A stretch of 64,000 bases of DNA, taken from NCBI RefSeq assembly GCF_009914755.1, contig NC_060929.1; one strand, given 5' to 3'. Under the pieces are notes generated by a model. That model was not told the origin of the DNA and did not search any database. It saw nothing but the letters and a program-made list of their open reading frames with translations. The position numbers were made by a program, and so were the translations under genes. Of the stretch, positions 13,566 through 30,289 are shown one piece after another (within the stretch, counting starts at the first letter, position 1; each line of letters opens with the position of its first letter). Origin of the DNA: the human T2T-CHM13v2.0 reference genome, Homo sapiens.

Positions 13566-15344
13566 TCACTTCCTACCAGCAGTGGAGATGACAGCAACTG
13601 CATTCCAGGATCCTGGTCATCACCATAGGGTATTCTCATCATTCTTAAGTGTGGCCAATGTAATACACAGAAAATTGTATCTCATTTTTTCACTGAGTTT
13701 TCTTAATTAGAATGTAGTTGTACTTACAGTTATTTACACTTTGTATTTCTCCATTTGACAATTATTTGTTTATCACCTTTGCCATTTTCCTACAGTAGCA
13801 TTATTTTTTTTCAGTGTTTTTTTTTACTCAGTGTACTAAATCCACCTCTGTCAAATACATTGCAAATACATTCCCCCAGTTTGTTCTTTGTCTACCAATC
13901 CTATCTCTGCTGGTTCTTCTTTTGATTTTTTTAAATTAATTAATTTGCTTAGAAAGAACTTCCCTAAGTAAAAATCAGAAATCATTTCATATATTTTCTA
14001 TTCTAGTTTTTTTTTACGATTTTTCCATCTTATTTTTTGTTCTAGTATATAATCTGAGGTACGAAACCGTGTATTTCTAGATATTAACGAATTTTCACAG
14101 CGCTATTTTTTAAAATAATCTATCCTCTCTCTGTCTGTTCTGACATGCTGCATTTGCCATCTTCTTATTCCTTATATATACTTCGTGTTAACGAAAGAGT
14201 TGAAAGTTTAGGGTAGACTTGTCAGTATCATACGTCTTACCCAACACCAGACTTTACTAATGATACAAAGGTACTGGCAAGAACCAACATGGAAGAGTTA
14301 CTGAAGGTGCCTGAGTCTACCAGATGCAGCTCCCCAGAACTTCCCCTTGTCCTGCATTAGGACATGCTTTGGTTCAGAGTAACAGCTGAGTTCTGAACAA
14401 TATGTGAACATGCTGTTTTTTAAAAAATGCCATTTTGGTTTGGGGGTTCCCAGTTTTATATTCCTTCAGTTAGATTAAAAATGCTTACAGGACTACCTCC
14501 CAATCTCTAGCCAGCCATGACCCATAAATCCATAAACTACCACTTTATTTATAATATGTAGTCTAGACAGATCAAGTCTATGCTGCCCAAAAACGTTATT
14601 TTAGATAGGGACTCTCTGGTATCTTTCCACTAGTTTAAAAGCCATAGCATGTTTACAAGGAGCCCTGGTTGAGGTCAACCATTTTCCCCAAGTAGGGAGG
14701 AAGGAGCCTCAGGGCTGCTGTTAACCCTTTGTGTTCCATGTGGACATGGCTTGATTTACCAGTAAAAGGAAACATTTTACATCTCATCCAGCCCAATGAA
14801 TTGAATAATCTGAGCTCTATGTCTAGAATTCATCAGCATTTTATAGCACAGCATTTTCATCACAAGAATGGGCAAATAAGTAAATACGAAGTTATTAAGT
14901 ACATGATGCTTGTCTCTTTTATATGCACTGTCTCCTTTTGGCCCCATACGACTCTGTGAAGTCAATGTTTGGGGAGAACTCCTTTACCCTCTTCCAGATA
15001 TTTTCTTTCTTGTGGAAGTAGACTCATTAATGTCATATTTATGATCTTTTTGAGCCATACAAGGAGGCATATCTCCATCTTGAAAATGGCACGATATTGA
15101 TAGTTCATATTTAAAAGTAAGTGCTTAGAGTATATATGATATATACAGGAATCTATCTACAAAAGAAAAATGGTGGAGTAATCACTCTGAGGACACTCAT
15201 AGGAGACTTATGTTAGAAAAGACCTCTACTGGTAAAATATGACCATGTTATCTATATTTTGTGTATTGAGCCAGACTGTTGAATGTTGGGAGCTTACTTT
15301 TGTCAACATCAGCCAAGACAGAATCAAAAGTAGAACATTTCACT

Positions 15345-15860
15345 CTAAAGTAGACAAGATTCTTTTAGTTGCAAGTGACAGAAACTAATGCTGAATCGGC
15401 TTAGGCCAAAAAGAGAATTAATTGGTGCAAAAACCCCATGAAAGTGTTGAAACTAAATATGGGAAGGACAAGCATAAGGGTAACTTTCACAACTAACTGA
15501 ATCCAGAACTTAAACACCATGAGGATTCTCTGTTTCTCATTTCTGTGACAGTTATCTCTCACTCAAGACAGCTCCCTCTACCTGGAGAAAAAAGTTTAAA
15601 AAAAAATCCCAGAAAAGAAACAGATTTGTGCCCATCTTTGGACTAATCCGTTAGGGGCAGGGGACAGATATTATGATTAACACAGCTTAAGTCCAATGTC
15701 CAGGTATAACCAATCACCTGTGGATAGGGTGGCAGGGTCATGCAAGAAAATGACAGGTTGTAGGAGCTGCATAAGTGGAGCAGGGAGAGTCATGTTCCCA
15801 GGGGCTGCTGTGCCCCAACAAAAGTGAAGGTTGAGTAGGGCTGGAGCAAGGGTGTCCACT
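15345..15860. mobile_element. Old MLT1-family LTR
   Basis: ttcttttagttgcaagtgacagaaact motif typical of old MLT1 LTRs. Confidence 0.6.
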
Positions 15861-16447
15861 CTATCTTCCCTATAAATAATGAAAAGAAAAGGGAAGGGCA
15901 GAGGCCATTAAACTGTAGACTTCAATCACTAACTTTAGAGCCTGAGGTCTAGTTTCTGTGGCCAAAATAAAATCCCTGGCATCTCTATACAACAGGTAGA
16001 CTTTCAGCATTTTTTAAAAACTTTTCAATGGTTCCCTTTCCAGAAATGCCAAAAAGATGATGCTTTAGGCACCTTTGGATTTACCGATCTCTGTTAATAG
16101 CAGAGTTACATGTGTAAGTGAACTAATGATATTTGATATATAGTACTTTAGAAATGGTTAACTTACTCTTCATTCATTCAACAAATACTGAGCCAATGTG
16201 TCAGGCATTGTATTAAGCACCGGGGCACAAAAGTGAGCAAGACACAGTTCTTGCCTTCATAAAGCTTACGCTGCAGTGGGAGCAAAAGAAGCAAACAGGT
16301 GGTGAAAATACAGTATGATGTGTATCATCCTAGAAGATGTACTGGGATCTCACAGGGATGGTACTTAATGCTGGTTAGAGATTTTAGGGAGGATTTCCCA
16401 AAGAAAGTGATATAGATATCTAAGATGAGACTTGAAGATGTATAGGA

Positions 16448-16748
16448 GGCCAGGCATTGTGGCTCCTGTCTGTAATCCCAGCACATTGGGAGGCTGAGGC
16501 AGGAGGATTGCTTGAGACCAGGAGTTTGAGACCAGCCTGGGCAACATAGTGAGACCCTGTCTCTGAAAAAAAAAAAAAAATAGCCAAGGGTAGTGGTGCA
16601 TGCCTATAGTCCTAGCCACCTGGGAAGCTGAGGCAGGAGGGTCACTTGAGCCCAGGAGTTCAAGGTTGCAGTAAGTTTTGATCATGTAACTGCACTCCAG
16701 CCGTGGCAACCAAGCGAGACCCTGTCTCTTAAGAAGAAGAAGAAAAAA
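16448..16748 (+). mobile_element. Alu (AluJ-like)
   Basis: ggaggattgcttgag, gggcaacatagtgagaccctgtctct, caggagttcaaggttgcagt are J-type diagnostics. Confidence 0.95.
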
Positions 16749-16949
16749 AGACCATATACTAGTTGGTAAGGGAAAAGGAGTTGAAAAAAGTGTGATGACT
16801 AGAAGAAGAACATATACAAAGGCTCTGGGATGCAATAAATCATGGTATATTGAATCTAAGGCCGTAGTAATCAATGAGCAGAAGAAAATGACTAGGCTGA
16901 AGAGGTAAGCAGGAACCATGTTGTAAGACACATTAAAGAGTTGGCTTTT

Positions 16950-17482
<533 letters not shown>

Positions 17483-18000
17483 GAGTCGGCTTTTATCCTG
17501 AGGGCAATAGAGAACCATTGAAGAGTTTTAAGCAAAACAATAATATAATTAAATTTGCATCTTAGAAAGTTTACTCTAGCTATACTGTAGAGAATAAGTG
17601 AAAAGGGGGCAAAACTTAGGAGGATGCCTGCATAATTTATGTGGGCAGTGATGTGAACCTGAACTTCATTAGTGAGAGTAGAAAGAACCGGAGGAAATTA
17701 AGTATAATTCAAATGGTAGATTCAAAGTAGTTAACTGCATCTAAGAAAAGAAGGGAATAAATTAAGGATAACAGGATAACTCATTAAATTCCAGCTTGGT
17801 CACCTGAGTAAATGGGAATGCGATTCATTGAGCTAGGGCATATGAAAGGAGGTTTAGGGGTGAGATAATAATATGGAATTTGGGGAACTTGTGAGAAATC
17901 AAAGTGGAAATGCCTAATAGGCTGCTAGATAAATGGATCTGGACCTTGGTAAAGTGCTCTGGGCCGGAAATAAATGTTACAAGTATTAATGAAAGTAACC

Positions 18001-18307
<307 letters not shown>

Positions 18308-18834
18308 TCAGGGAGACTGTGTAATGTGAGATGAAGAGTGCTAGGGCAGAACCCTGAAGACCACCAAGATTAATGAACAGACAGAGATAAGACCCTGGAG
18401 ACCAAGAAGCAGCACCCTGAGAGGTAGGAGTAAAACAACGAAAGACAGCGTCACAGAAGCAAGGAGTAGAGAATTTCAAGGAGGAGCAAGAGAGGTCAAA
18501 AGTGTGAAATGCTCCCAACAGGTGATAAAATAGCCGAAAACAGTCCCTTACATTTAATAGCAAGGATATTAGGGACCCTGAAAATGACCATTTCAGGGAA
18601 GGGAAGAGGACAGTGGTTGAAACAAGATGGGGAGGTGAGAATCAAAGAAGGTGAACTCAGACATCTTTGAAAGAACTTTGTCTCTAAAGGGAAGGAAAGA
18701 TAGGCAGATACTGAGAAGGGACACAGATTAAGAATTTTTTTTTTAACATGGGAGAAACTTGAATATATTTATTCCAACTTTCATGCAGTTAAAATCATCA
18801 GCAGTAGAATTTATTGTCTCTTATGAAATTAGCA

Positions 18835-19470
18835 GGATTTATGTACAGTAAAGCAAGTCAATGAACTAATCTATGTATATAGTTCATTTATTTCCTACAT
18901 ATGTATACACCTGTGTAGCCACCATTCAGACAAAAATGTAGAGCATTTCCAGCACCCCAGAAGGTTCCCTCATGCCCCTTCTCATCAACCTCAACCCCAA
19001 GAGGAATTCAACCTCAACCCCAATCAAAATTCTGACTTCCATCACCATACTTTTGCCAGTTCTTAAACTTCATGTAAAAGAAATCTTTCAGCATATCTGT
19101 GAGATTCATCCATGTGTTGCAAGTAGCAGTAGTTTTCTTCTTTATTACTGTATTTCATTGTATATATGTGTTACAATTTATCCATTTTTCTATTGAATGA
19201 CATTTGAGTTGTTTCCAGTTTGGAGCTGTTGTGAAATAAGCTGCTATGAATATTCTTGTATATATCTTCTGATGGACAAAGATTTTCAGTTCTCTTAGGT
19301 AAATATCTAGAAACAAAATTCTGGAGCATAGGGTTGATATATATTTAACTCGAATAAATAAAGCTGAACAGTTTTTAAAGGGGTAGAATCAATTGCACTC
19401 CCTAAAGCAGTGTATGGAAATTCTTCTCACCAAAGCTTGGTGTTGTCTGTCTTTTTAATTTTAGCCTCTG
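18835..19470 (-). mobile_element. Old L1 (L1MB/ME-type) 3' fragment
   Basis: catttccagcaccccagaaggttccctcatgcccctt, catttgagttgtttccagtttggagct. Confidence 0.85.
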
Positions 19471-20532
19471 GTGAGCAGACATTTTGAAATTCAGGTTTTC
19501 TGAGATTATAAACCACAGCTTCTCAGCTGGTACTTATAACAATTTCAAAGTTTCCTACCTTAAGTATTTCCCATCATTGGCTACCACCTTTCCAGTAAAA
19601 CAAACCTAATATTAAAAACATGCAAACATAATTCAGGATATTTTATGAGAAATAAGTAATTTAATTATCCATTAAAGTTATCTAACTATAACATAATGAT
19701 CAGAAAAATTCTGTCAGAAATAGTCTCACCCGTAATTTGAATAGGTAGGAAATATTATCATCTAATATATTAGAAAGAAGCAAATAGCTTCCATGATGAT
19801 GGAAGTTTCTCATTGATGCATCTATTCCAATTTACATTTTGTATAAGTAGTAAGTTTAGAGGTAATGGTTCTCTTTCCTCTTCTCATTTTTATTTGAATG
19901 CTACATTTGAAGTTATCATTCACTATAATCAGAAGTATAGACTTACTTTGAAGAATGCTAATAGGCCTTTTGGGGAAAAATAATAAAATCAACTATTGAC
20001 ATAAAACTGACTACTGATTCTTCTATATTTTGAATCATGGTCTTTTCCTCTTTGATGAAGTTTCTGTTTGATGCAATATCTAAAACCTGACAAAGGAAAT
20101 AAATATATGACAATTCATATAACATTATCCATAATTATTTACCGCAGCAATATAACTTATTATTATCTAACAATATAACTTATTGTTGCAGTAAATAAAT
20201 ATTTCTGTTAATATTATATACAATATTGTCAATATCATCAAATAATTTATTCAATTCTCACAAGTATCATGGTAAATATATTTAGAAATCTGTTTAAACG
20301 TTTCACCAAAATAAGATAAGTTACAGATTTAAGTATAAATTCTGAAGTATTAAAGTACTAGAAAATAATAGAGACACATATTTATACAATTGAGTCAGAA
20401 AGGCCTTTATAAAAGTGACACTGAAACCAGTGAACTTAACAAAAATGTTTGACACGTTTGCCTATATAATAATTTAAAATTTCTGTACGCAAGTTAAATT
20501 ACACCACATAGAAACATAAATTCAAGATTTGA

Positions 20533-22595
<2,063 letters not shown>

Positions 22596-22629
22596 TGTAG
22601 AATATTTCTCACTTTGTAAAACAAATGCA

Positions 22630-23023
22630 TTTTTTTAATTTTATTATTATTATACTTTAAGTTTTAGGGTACATGTGCACAATGTGCAGGTTTGTTACAT
22701 ATGTATACATGTGCTATGTTGGTGTGCTGCACCCATTAACTCATCATTTAGCATTAGGTATATCTCCTAATGCTATCCCTCCCCCCTCCCCCAACCCTGC
22801 AACAGTCCCCAGTGTGTGATGTTCCCCTTCCTGTGTCCATGTGTTCTCATTGTTCAATTCCCATCTATGAGTGAGAACATGCGGTGTTTGGTTTTTTGTC
22901 CTTGCGATAGTTTGCTAAGAATGATGGTTTCCAGTTTCATCCATGTCCTTACAAAGGACATGAACTCATCATTTTTTATGGCTGCATAGTATTCCATGGT
23001 GTATATGTGCCGCATTTTCTTAA
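22630..23023 (-). mobile_element. L1PA 3' end, 5'-truncated
   Basis: ttattattatactttaagttttagggtacatgtgcacaatgtgcagg...ttttatggctgcatagtattccatgg. Confidence 0.96.
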
Positions 23024-23244
23024 TATATTAAAAATGAAGTGTTCAAAATTATATAAATATTATTTTCTAAAGCTTTTAAACCAGAATACAATCATAGCAG
23101 CAATTACCCATATTGAATGCTGGCTCAACTGAGGTTTCATTTCCTTGAAACACAAGTCATTTCTACCTACTCTCTGTATTGGGTTTTCTGCTTATTTGTC
23201 ACCCATATTCAAGAATGTTCCCCCTTCTGCCAACACAGTGTTAA

Positions 23245-23584
<340 letters not shown>

Positions 23585-24808
23585 TGTGTCTTAAGGATTT
23601 TTATGGGAGTCACCCTATATTAAGACTATAGAGTGTGCTTCAATTCATCTTTAGACATCAAGTATTTAGAAAAAATATTTCAAATCAGCACTTGACTATT
23701 AAGACCAAAGGGATTATTCTAAAGAGCTTCTGGCCGTTTTTAGGTCTGGAAAACACAGCATGTTTTTCTGCATTTTGTTGAAATTTCTTTCTTTCCTTTT
23801 ATTATATGTTAAGCAGTTATTAATAATTACTTTGTCCATTATATATTAGTATTCTATTCTTTATAGCTAATCTAAAATCTTTTACTTTTTAAATTTTAAG
23901 ATCACTTTTCAATTGTTCCAATTACATATCATCTGGTTCATATATAGTTTCTTCTAAAAATATATTTGTTCAGCTGACATCCTTACAGTAAGTTCATCAG
24001 TATACTAAAAACAGAAGCAGGTTAGCTTGACAACTGCATGTTTGATACCTTATAAACTGGATTAGAATTTGTATTAGAAGCTGGATATGTGCCTTTATCA
24101 AAATTTTTGAAAAAATAAGGCATCTCTTCACTTTTTATCTGCATAACTAACTTTCCTTATTTTCAAGGTATATTTTAAAGTGTATTCAACACTCAATAAA
24201 ATATGTCTTTTGATGATCACAAATGGTGATAATGTGGTCTAATGTAAACAGTCTAGAAAAATTTATCCCCTAAATAACATCTCCTAAAATGGTATTTTAA
24301 ACTGTATCTATTAGAAAAAATTTCTGTTCTTATTTTCAGAAATGGTTACTCTTTTTTCTTCTCCCAATTCTGATTATTTTTTCCAAAGTCAGTAATATTT
24401 TCTAAATAGCTTTCCAAAACTTAGTCAGTTTTTAGACTATCTTAACTACTTCTGACATTTTCTTAATTATTTAACTTATGAAGTAGAAAGTATCTTATTG
24501 AATTTGAGGGAATACTCTTTTCTTTTTCTTGTTTTCTTTCATCTTTGTACTAATTTCTCAACAAAGGAGAATTAGAACTGACTCGACATACCTAACATAT
24601 CTTCATTTTGAATTGCCTCTATACATGAAATAAGTGTTTGTCCTGATTTGACATAATCTGGAATGAGAATTTCCACTCTGCATCATCAACTTTTATCACC
24701 TGGGTCTGAATTTAGATTGTGGCTTTCTGGCCTTGTAAATGTTGCTATTTTCTTTCCATGGTGTCTATTGACTATTTTGTCAATTTAGAGGCTTTTGATT
24801 CTGTTTTG

Positions 24809-24898
24809 TTTTGTTTGAGACAGGGTCTTGCTATGTTGCCCAGGCTGGTCTCAAACTCCTGGGCTCAAGTAACCCTCCTGCCTCAGCCTCCCAAGTAG
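24809..24898 (-). mobile_element. Alu monomer (FLAM/FAM-like), 5'-truncated
   Basis: Single monomer gagacagggtcttgctatgttgcccaggctggtctcaaactcctgggctcaag; 14-bp TSD ttgattctgttttg at 24795-24808 and 24899-24912. Confidence 0.9.
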
Positions 24899-25196
24899 TT
24901 GATTCTGTTTTGAAGTAACATGGGACAGTTGCAAAAGCCCAGATAATTTGAAATCAGGATGTTTTTGTTTCACAGTCTTGTGCTGTCCAAAAGAAAATAA
25001 ATTATCCGGACTTACTTCTTTTCTTCCTCCCTTAATAATGGCTTCCATGGGAGAATCAATGTCAGATTTGCACCTACAACCTATAACACTTAAATGTCAG
25101 TCCTTATTAATGAACCTCTAGTATTCTTGTTTTTTAGCCTGCCTTTTATTTTTGGAGCTTTATAGTTAATCTTTCAGATGACTTAGTGTAACTTGA

Positions 25197-25661
<465 letters not shown>

Positions 25662-26089
25662 TAGGCTTTGGGGTTACAGTACCAATCCTAGGCTTCATAG
25701 TTCTATGACCCCTGAGAATTAACCAAGTCTCAGTTTCCTCATCTTTAAAATATTAATAATATCTATACATCATAAGGTCTGTGTAAGATTGAGTGAGATA
25801 ATGTATCTATTTCTGGCAAGACACTGGTTAAATAACCCTAAAACAAACAAGATAGTTAAGTTGTACAATGTATACAAACACCCTCTTAAATGTATAACTA
25901 AGCTCACAGGAAAGGAAGAGAAATCTTCAGGGTCAAAAATGAATAGGGAACAAAAAGTGAGTTGAAAGGCAGCATGGTCTGATACTATGGCTTCCCTGAG
26001 GGAGTTCGTTGACTCCATTAAAAAGGGGCTTGTAGTTAGAAGATCATATGGGAGCAGGAATTAGAACTGAGATATACACATAAAGTCAT

Positions 26090-26520
26090 TTGCTGGATAT
26101 CTGCTCTTTGACCCTCCAAATCTGCTCTTTGCCCTTCTCCACCCTATATCATCCCACTCCCTTATCCTCTGGATTTCAGTTTGGCTTGGTCAATCGGGAA
26201 CTCTGGCAGGACATTGGAAGGAAGGAGAAGAGTTAAGCCAGGGTATTTATTCTCCCGTTTCCCTCTCTATAAGGTTATTTTGAACTGTCTCCCATAACTT
26301 CAGGTCACTGTTCTACACAAGGAGGCCTGCACTATACAACTGTTTCTCCTTTCAGGTGCCAGGAACCTCTTCCTCCTCTCATCCTTAGTAGTGACAGCAC
26401 CATACAGCCAACCTCAAATTCCTTGGTGTTTCTGTTTGCCACCCATACCTTTGTAATTACTCCCTGTGTAAAGAGATGCTCTTCAAATCATCCATTTGTC
26501 TCCTGTTACAATTCTGATTC
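26090..26520. mobile_element. Old ERVL-class LTR fragment (LTR33-like)
   Basis: ctctttgcccttctccacc...gggtatttattctccc...tcaaatcatccatttgtctcctg resemble LTR33; approximate. Confidence 0.5.
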
Positions 26521-26649
26521 AAGCCAGGATTTTCAAAGGGCTACATGCTTAGTGAAGAGGTAGGGAAAATGTACCACCAGCCCAAGAAGATAACTAGGAT
26601 GTTTGCTTGACTTGGCATCCTAAGAATCATGACTATGCTGTTGTTATAG

Positions 26650-27320
26650 TCCAAAAGCAATACATCTCGGGAATCTACAGATAAAGTCTGCTGAATATGA
26701 GATCACAAGTTAAATTGTAAAACACACAAGGAAAGAATCTAGCAAAGGTGAAAGTGAACATGCAAAGTCAACAGCAGGATTTAATCCTTCAAGTGCTTTA
26801 GTTAATACCATTACCTGTTAATGACTTAGAATAAATATGTCAAATTATTAAAGACACAAGAGAAGAGTTGAAAACATGAGACAAAAGAGTATGTAAAAAG
26901 ACCAAGCATACTTGGAAAATAACTCGTATAAATTCTAAAAATGAATATATATATACAAAATATATGATTATTAAAATTAAAACCTAATGGGTATATTATA
27001 TACAGCTAAAAAAGGTAAACTGGAAGATGGATCTGAAGAAAATGCAACAGAGAAATGTAAAGATATAGAAAATATAAAAAGGGATTAAGAAGACATGAAG
27101 ACCAGAATGAGAAGATCCAACATATTTCTAATAAGAGTTTCAGAACAGGAAAATAGACAATGGAATGATACCACAAAATACTAAGGACAAAGGAAGTTTT
27201 TAAAAGCAACAGGAGAGAAAAGACATTTCCTACAGAGGAACTACAATACAATTAAGCTTGAAGTGAGTCTCTCCACAACAAAAATAGAAGCCAGATGACA
27301 ACAGAATAAAATGTTTAGCA
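26650..27320 (+). mobile_element. Ancient L1/HAL1 ORF1-like fragment
   Basis: agaagatccaacatatttctaataagagtttcagaa resembles the ORF1 RRxNI.I.GVPE motif; A-rich. Confidence 0.7.
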
Positions 27321-27889
27321 GATTACAGCCAATGAACACCTTGCCACACTTCGCAATTGGCTGTTTTCTTATGAACTAAAGGAGCTCATCACATTTTAGA
27401 CAAACATATTTGTCTGTTTTACTCAATGTGTATTTGTTTTGTTTCAATAGTAGTTTATTTTTTACATAGTTGAACCTGTTGATCTTGACTAAAGTTTTTT
27501 TAACCTTCAAACAAGAAACTTTAAGTAAAAATGCAAAAATGTTTTAATGCTTACTGAAAAACACAATGGGGGAAACTGCACTGAAATTCTAGGGGATATA
27601 AATTAGAAAGAAATTAAGGAGTATATAAAATTAGTAGGAACTATTGCCAGAGAAAAAGAAAATGATTACCTGGGATTTATAGCAAGGACTTGAGCTGAAA
27701 ATGGACAAAGGGTATGAACAGACAATTGAAATAAACAAACACAAGGAAAAATATTCAACTGTGTTAATAGTTGAAAAAGCACATGGTAAAACAAGAAATT
27801 GAATTTCACACATTGTAAATTAACAAAATGTCAAAATTTAAAAACATTCAGTTCTGGTAATTCTGTGGTAAAATTGGTACACATATGCT

Positions 27890-28067
27890 ACACAATGCTA
27901 GAAACATTGAAGTTTAAATTTACATAATTTAAATTTGAAATTCAGTTTCTTAGTCCACCAGCCCATTTTAAGTATTCCTTAGCCACATGAAGCTAGTGGC
28001 TACCATATTGCTCAGCACAGGAAAATATTTCCATCATCGCAGGAAATTCTGTCGATTTGTGCTGCTC
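27890..28067. mobile_element. MER3-like hAT-Charlie element
   Basis: tagccacatgaagctagtggctaccatattg, tatttccatcatcgcaggaaattctg. Confidence 0.8.
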
Positions 28068-28457
28068 TAGAGAATAGGTGTAGAAGTAGAGTTGATGGGT
28101 TGTTGATATGTACAGCTTCCATTCTGCTTGATACTTTAAATTGTTCCTCAATGATTATATCAATTTACTCTTCCATCAATCGGTACATTGCTTCACCTCC
28201 TCTTAAACACTTGCTATTTTTGTGTTTTTATTTTTCTTAATCTAATGGGTATCAAATGATATATCTCACTGAATTAAATTTGCACTTTCCTGATTACTAA
28301 TGAGGCTGAGTATTTTTATGTCATTATTAACCTTTCATATTTCCTTTTCTGTGAGTTTCCTATTTATGTTTTTCCACAGTGGTTGAAATGATTTAAAGTG
28401 GAAAAATGTTTATGATATAGTGATAAGTAAAAAAAAAAAAAAAGCAATCTTCCCCAG

Positions 28458-28458
<1 letters not shown>

Positions 28459-28500
<42 letters not shown>
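28459..28500. repeat. (CA)n microsatellite, about 21 units
   Basis: Uninterrupted cacaca run. Confidence 0.97.
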
Positions 28501-28504
<4 letters not shown>

Positions 28505-30289
28505 TGGCTTCCAGTGATTTTAACGGAGTAAAAGAAAATGTCCAGATGGTTAGTTTGGAAAATTTGTTACAATTTTTAACTTAGATACATTAAGATAGTG
28601 ATATTTGGGGAAATTTACTTTTTATCTAAAAATGACTTTAATGTCGCCATAATACTGTTTTCTCATCTTCAAAGAGCAAAAAATATATAGTTTTGCTTGA
28701 GGTTTGGGAAAATTGCCCTACCACTTCTTAGCCTTTGTTTTTTAAGTCTTTCTCCTGGCTCCATGTAGACTGGGTGATTATTTTTCTTTATCCCTGCTAT
28801 TATTTTTATTTGACATTATCCCTTTCTGGTAGAACACTGTGTGCTTGACCTAAAAAAAAAAAATCTCTGTGTGTGTGTGCCTCTGTGTGTGTAAAAGAAA
28901 GAATAGAGTGCTGAGAGAAGAAAGGCATTTTGAGATTTGTATCTTTAATTAGACAACATGTTTAAATTGTAAAGGAGACTGCTTTTCATAATTCTTACTA
29001 GAGGGAAATGAATTAGTGCACATCACTTGGAGACTTCACTTATTCATATTTTGGAAATGTAACTTAAGTCCACACTGGTACTTGTATTTCTAAGCAGTCA
29101 ACTTGGAAAATAAATGACATTCTTAAAAAGTGGAACTGCACTGCTTAAAACAACAAACAAAACAAAAACTGTAATGTAAAAACTAAAAAGAAAATACTTC
29201 CTGCTCACCTAAATTCTTGGGAAAGAATGGGCTGTATTCTGTAAGATGTTTCACTACAGCACTAGCAGCCAGCATGTGTAAACTTCCACTGGAGAAATGT
29301 AGTTATGCTCCCCAACGTACCCAAGCAGATTTGTCCTGATGGGTCCTTTCCTTCTGTCATATTGTCAGCCAGTTTTCCTGGTATTACTCTTTCATTTTCT
29401 GCCTGGACCAACTTTCCTAATATCCCTCCCACTCTCTAATGAACGATGTTTTCCATCCTGATACAAGTGCTCTTTGCAGCAGGTTCAGACAGCCCAGCCA
29501 GGATACCCAAGACAGACAAGAGCTGTCTTTCTACTTTTTTGCTGAGACTTCAGGTCCCAGCGGAGGCTGCAGCCTGACATCCTTCAAGCACTTTTTATCA
29601 GCTGTAGGCATATTGGATATCTGTTATGGATCTCTGGAATTTTAGTGATGTGAGCAGGAACATGACTTTGTGTATCCCCTGCCTTTCCCAGTTGCTTTTA
29701 AATGAACACCACTGTAAGTGATGTATTTAGGACAGGAGGCAGAAAGCCTCTGAGTTTATCACTTTTGACTTTGCCCTTGCCCTTGCCTAGAACATTGCCC
29801 CTTTCTGGTAATCTCACCATTTGGGACTCTTTGTTAACTCTTATGCTAATTTGTAAAGTGGGTGTTGCTGCCTTTTCTTTGATTCGTAATAAGATGTCAG
29901 TTCATATTAAGACTGCTGTGACATGAGTTCAAGGACAAGAAATGAAGGAAGGCCAAAATGAAGCAAAACTTTTTAAACAAGACACTTTTAAAATTAGGAT
30001 AAAACCTTGCACAGTAAAACCTGGAGTGCAAACCAAATAGGATTTGCAATCTGAATGCACACCCTCCAGGAGGCCTCCTGGAATAATCTGCCAAGCAATG
30101 CTTGGCTTCTCAGGGGTGCCTGTCATGTGGGATGCCATATCACTGTGGGCCTGGAGCCTCCCATGGTCTTCCATCTGCTTAACTTTGAGCTAAGGTGTGT
30201 GTTTGGATCTACTTACTAAGATTTTTCTAGTTATCCTGAATGGCATCTGAAAACATTTTTCTCTCCACGTGTTGTCTTGGAATGTGGTT

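Noticed and set aside
19790-19990. MBD-like words on minus strand (YYFSPKG and KLPSSW)
   Set aside because: The order is reversed relative to the MBD domain and the spacing is wrong; coincidence.
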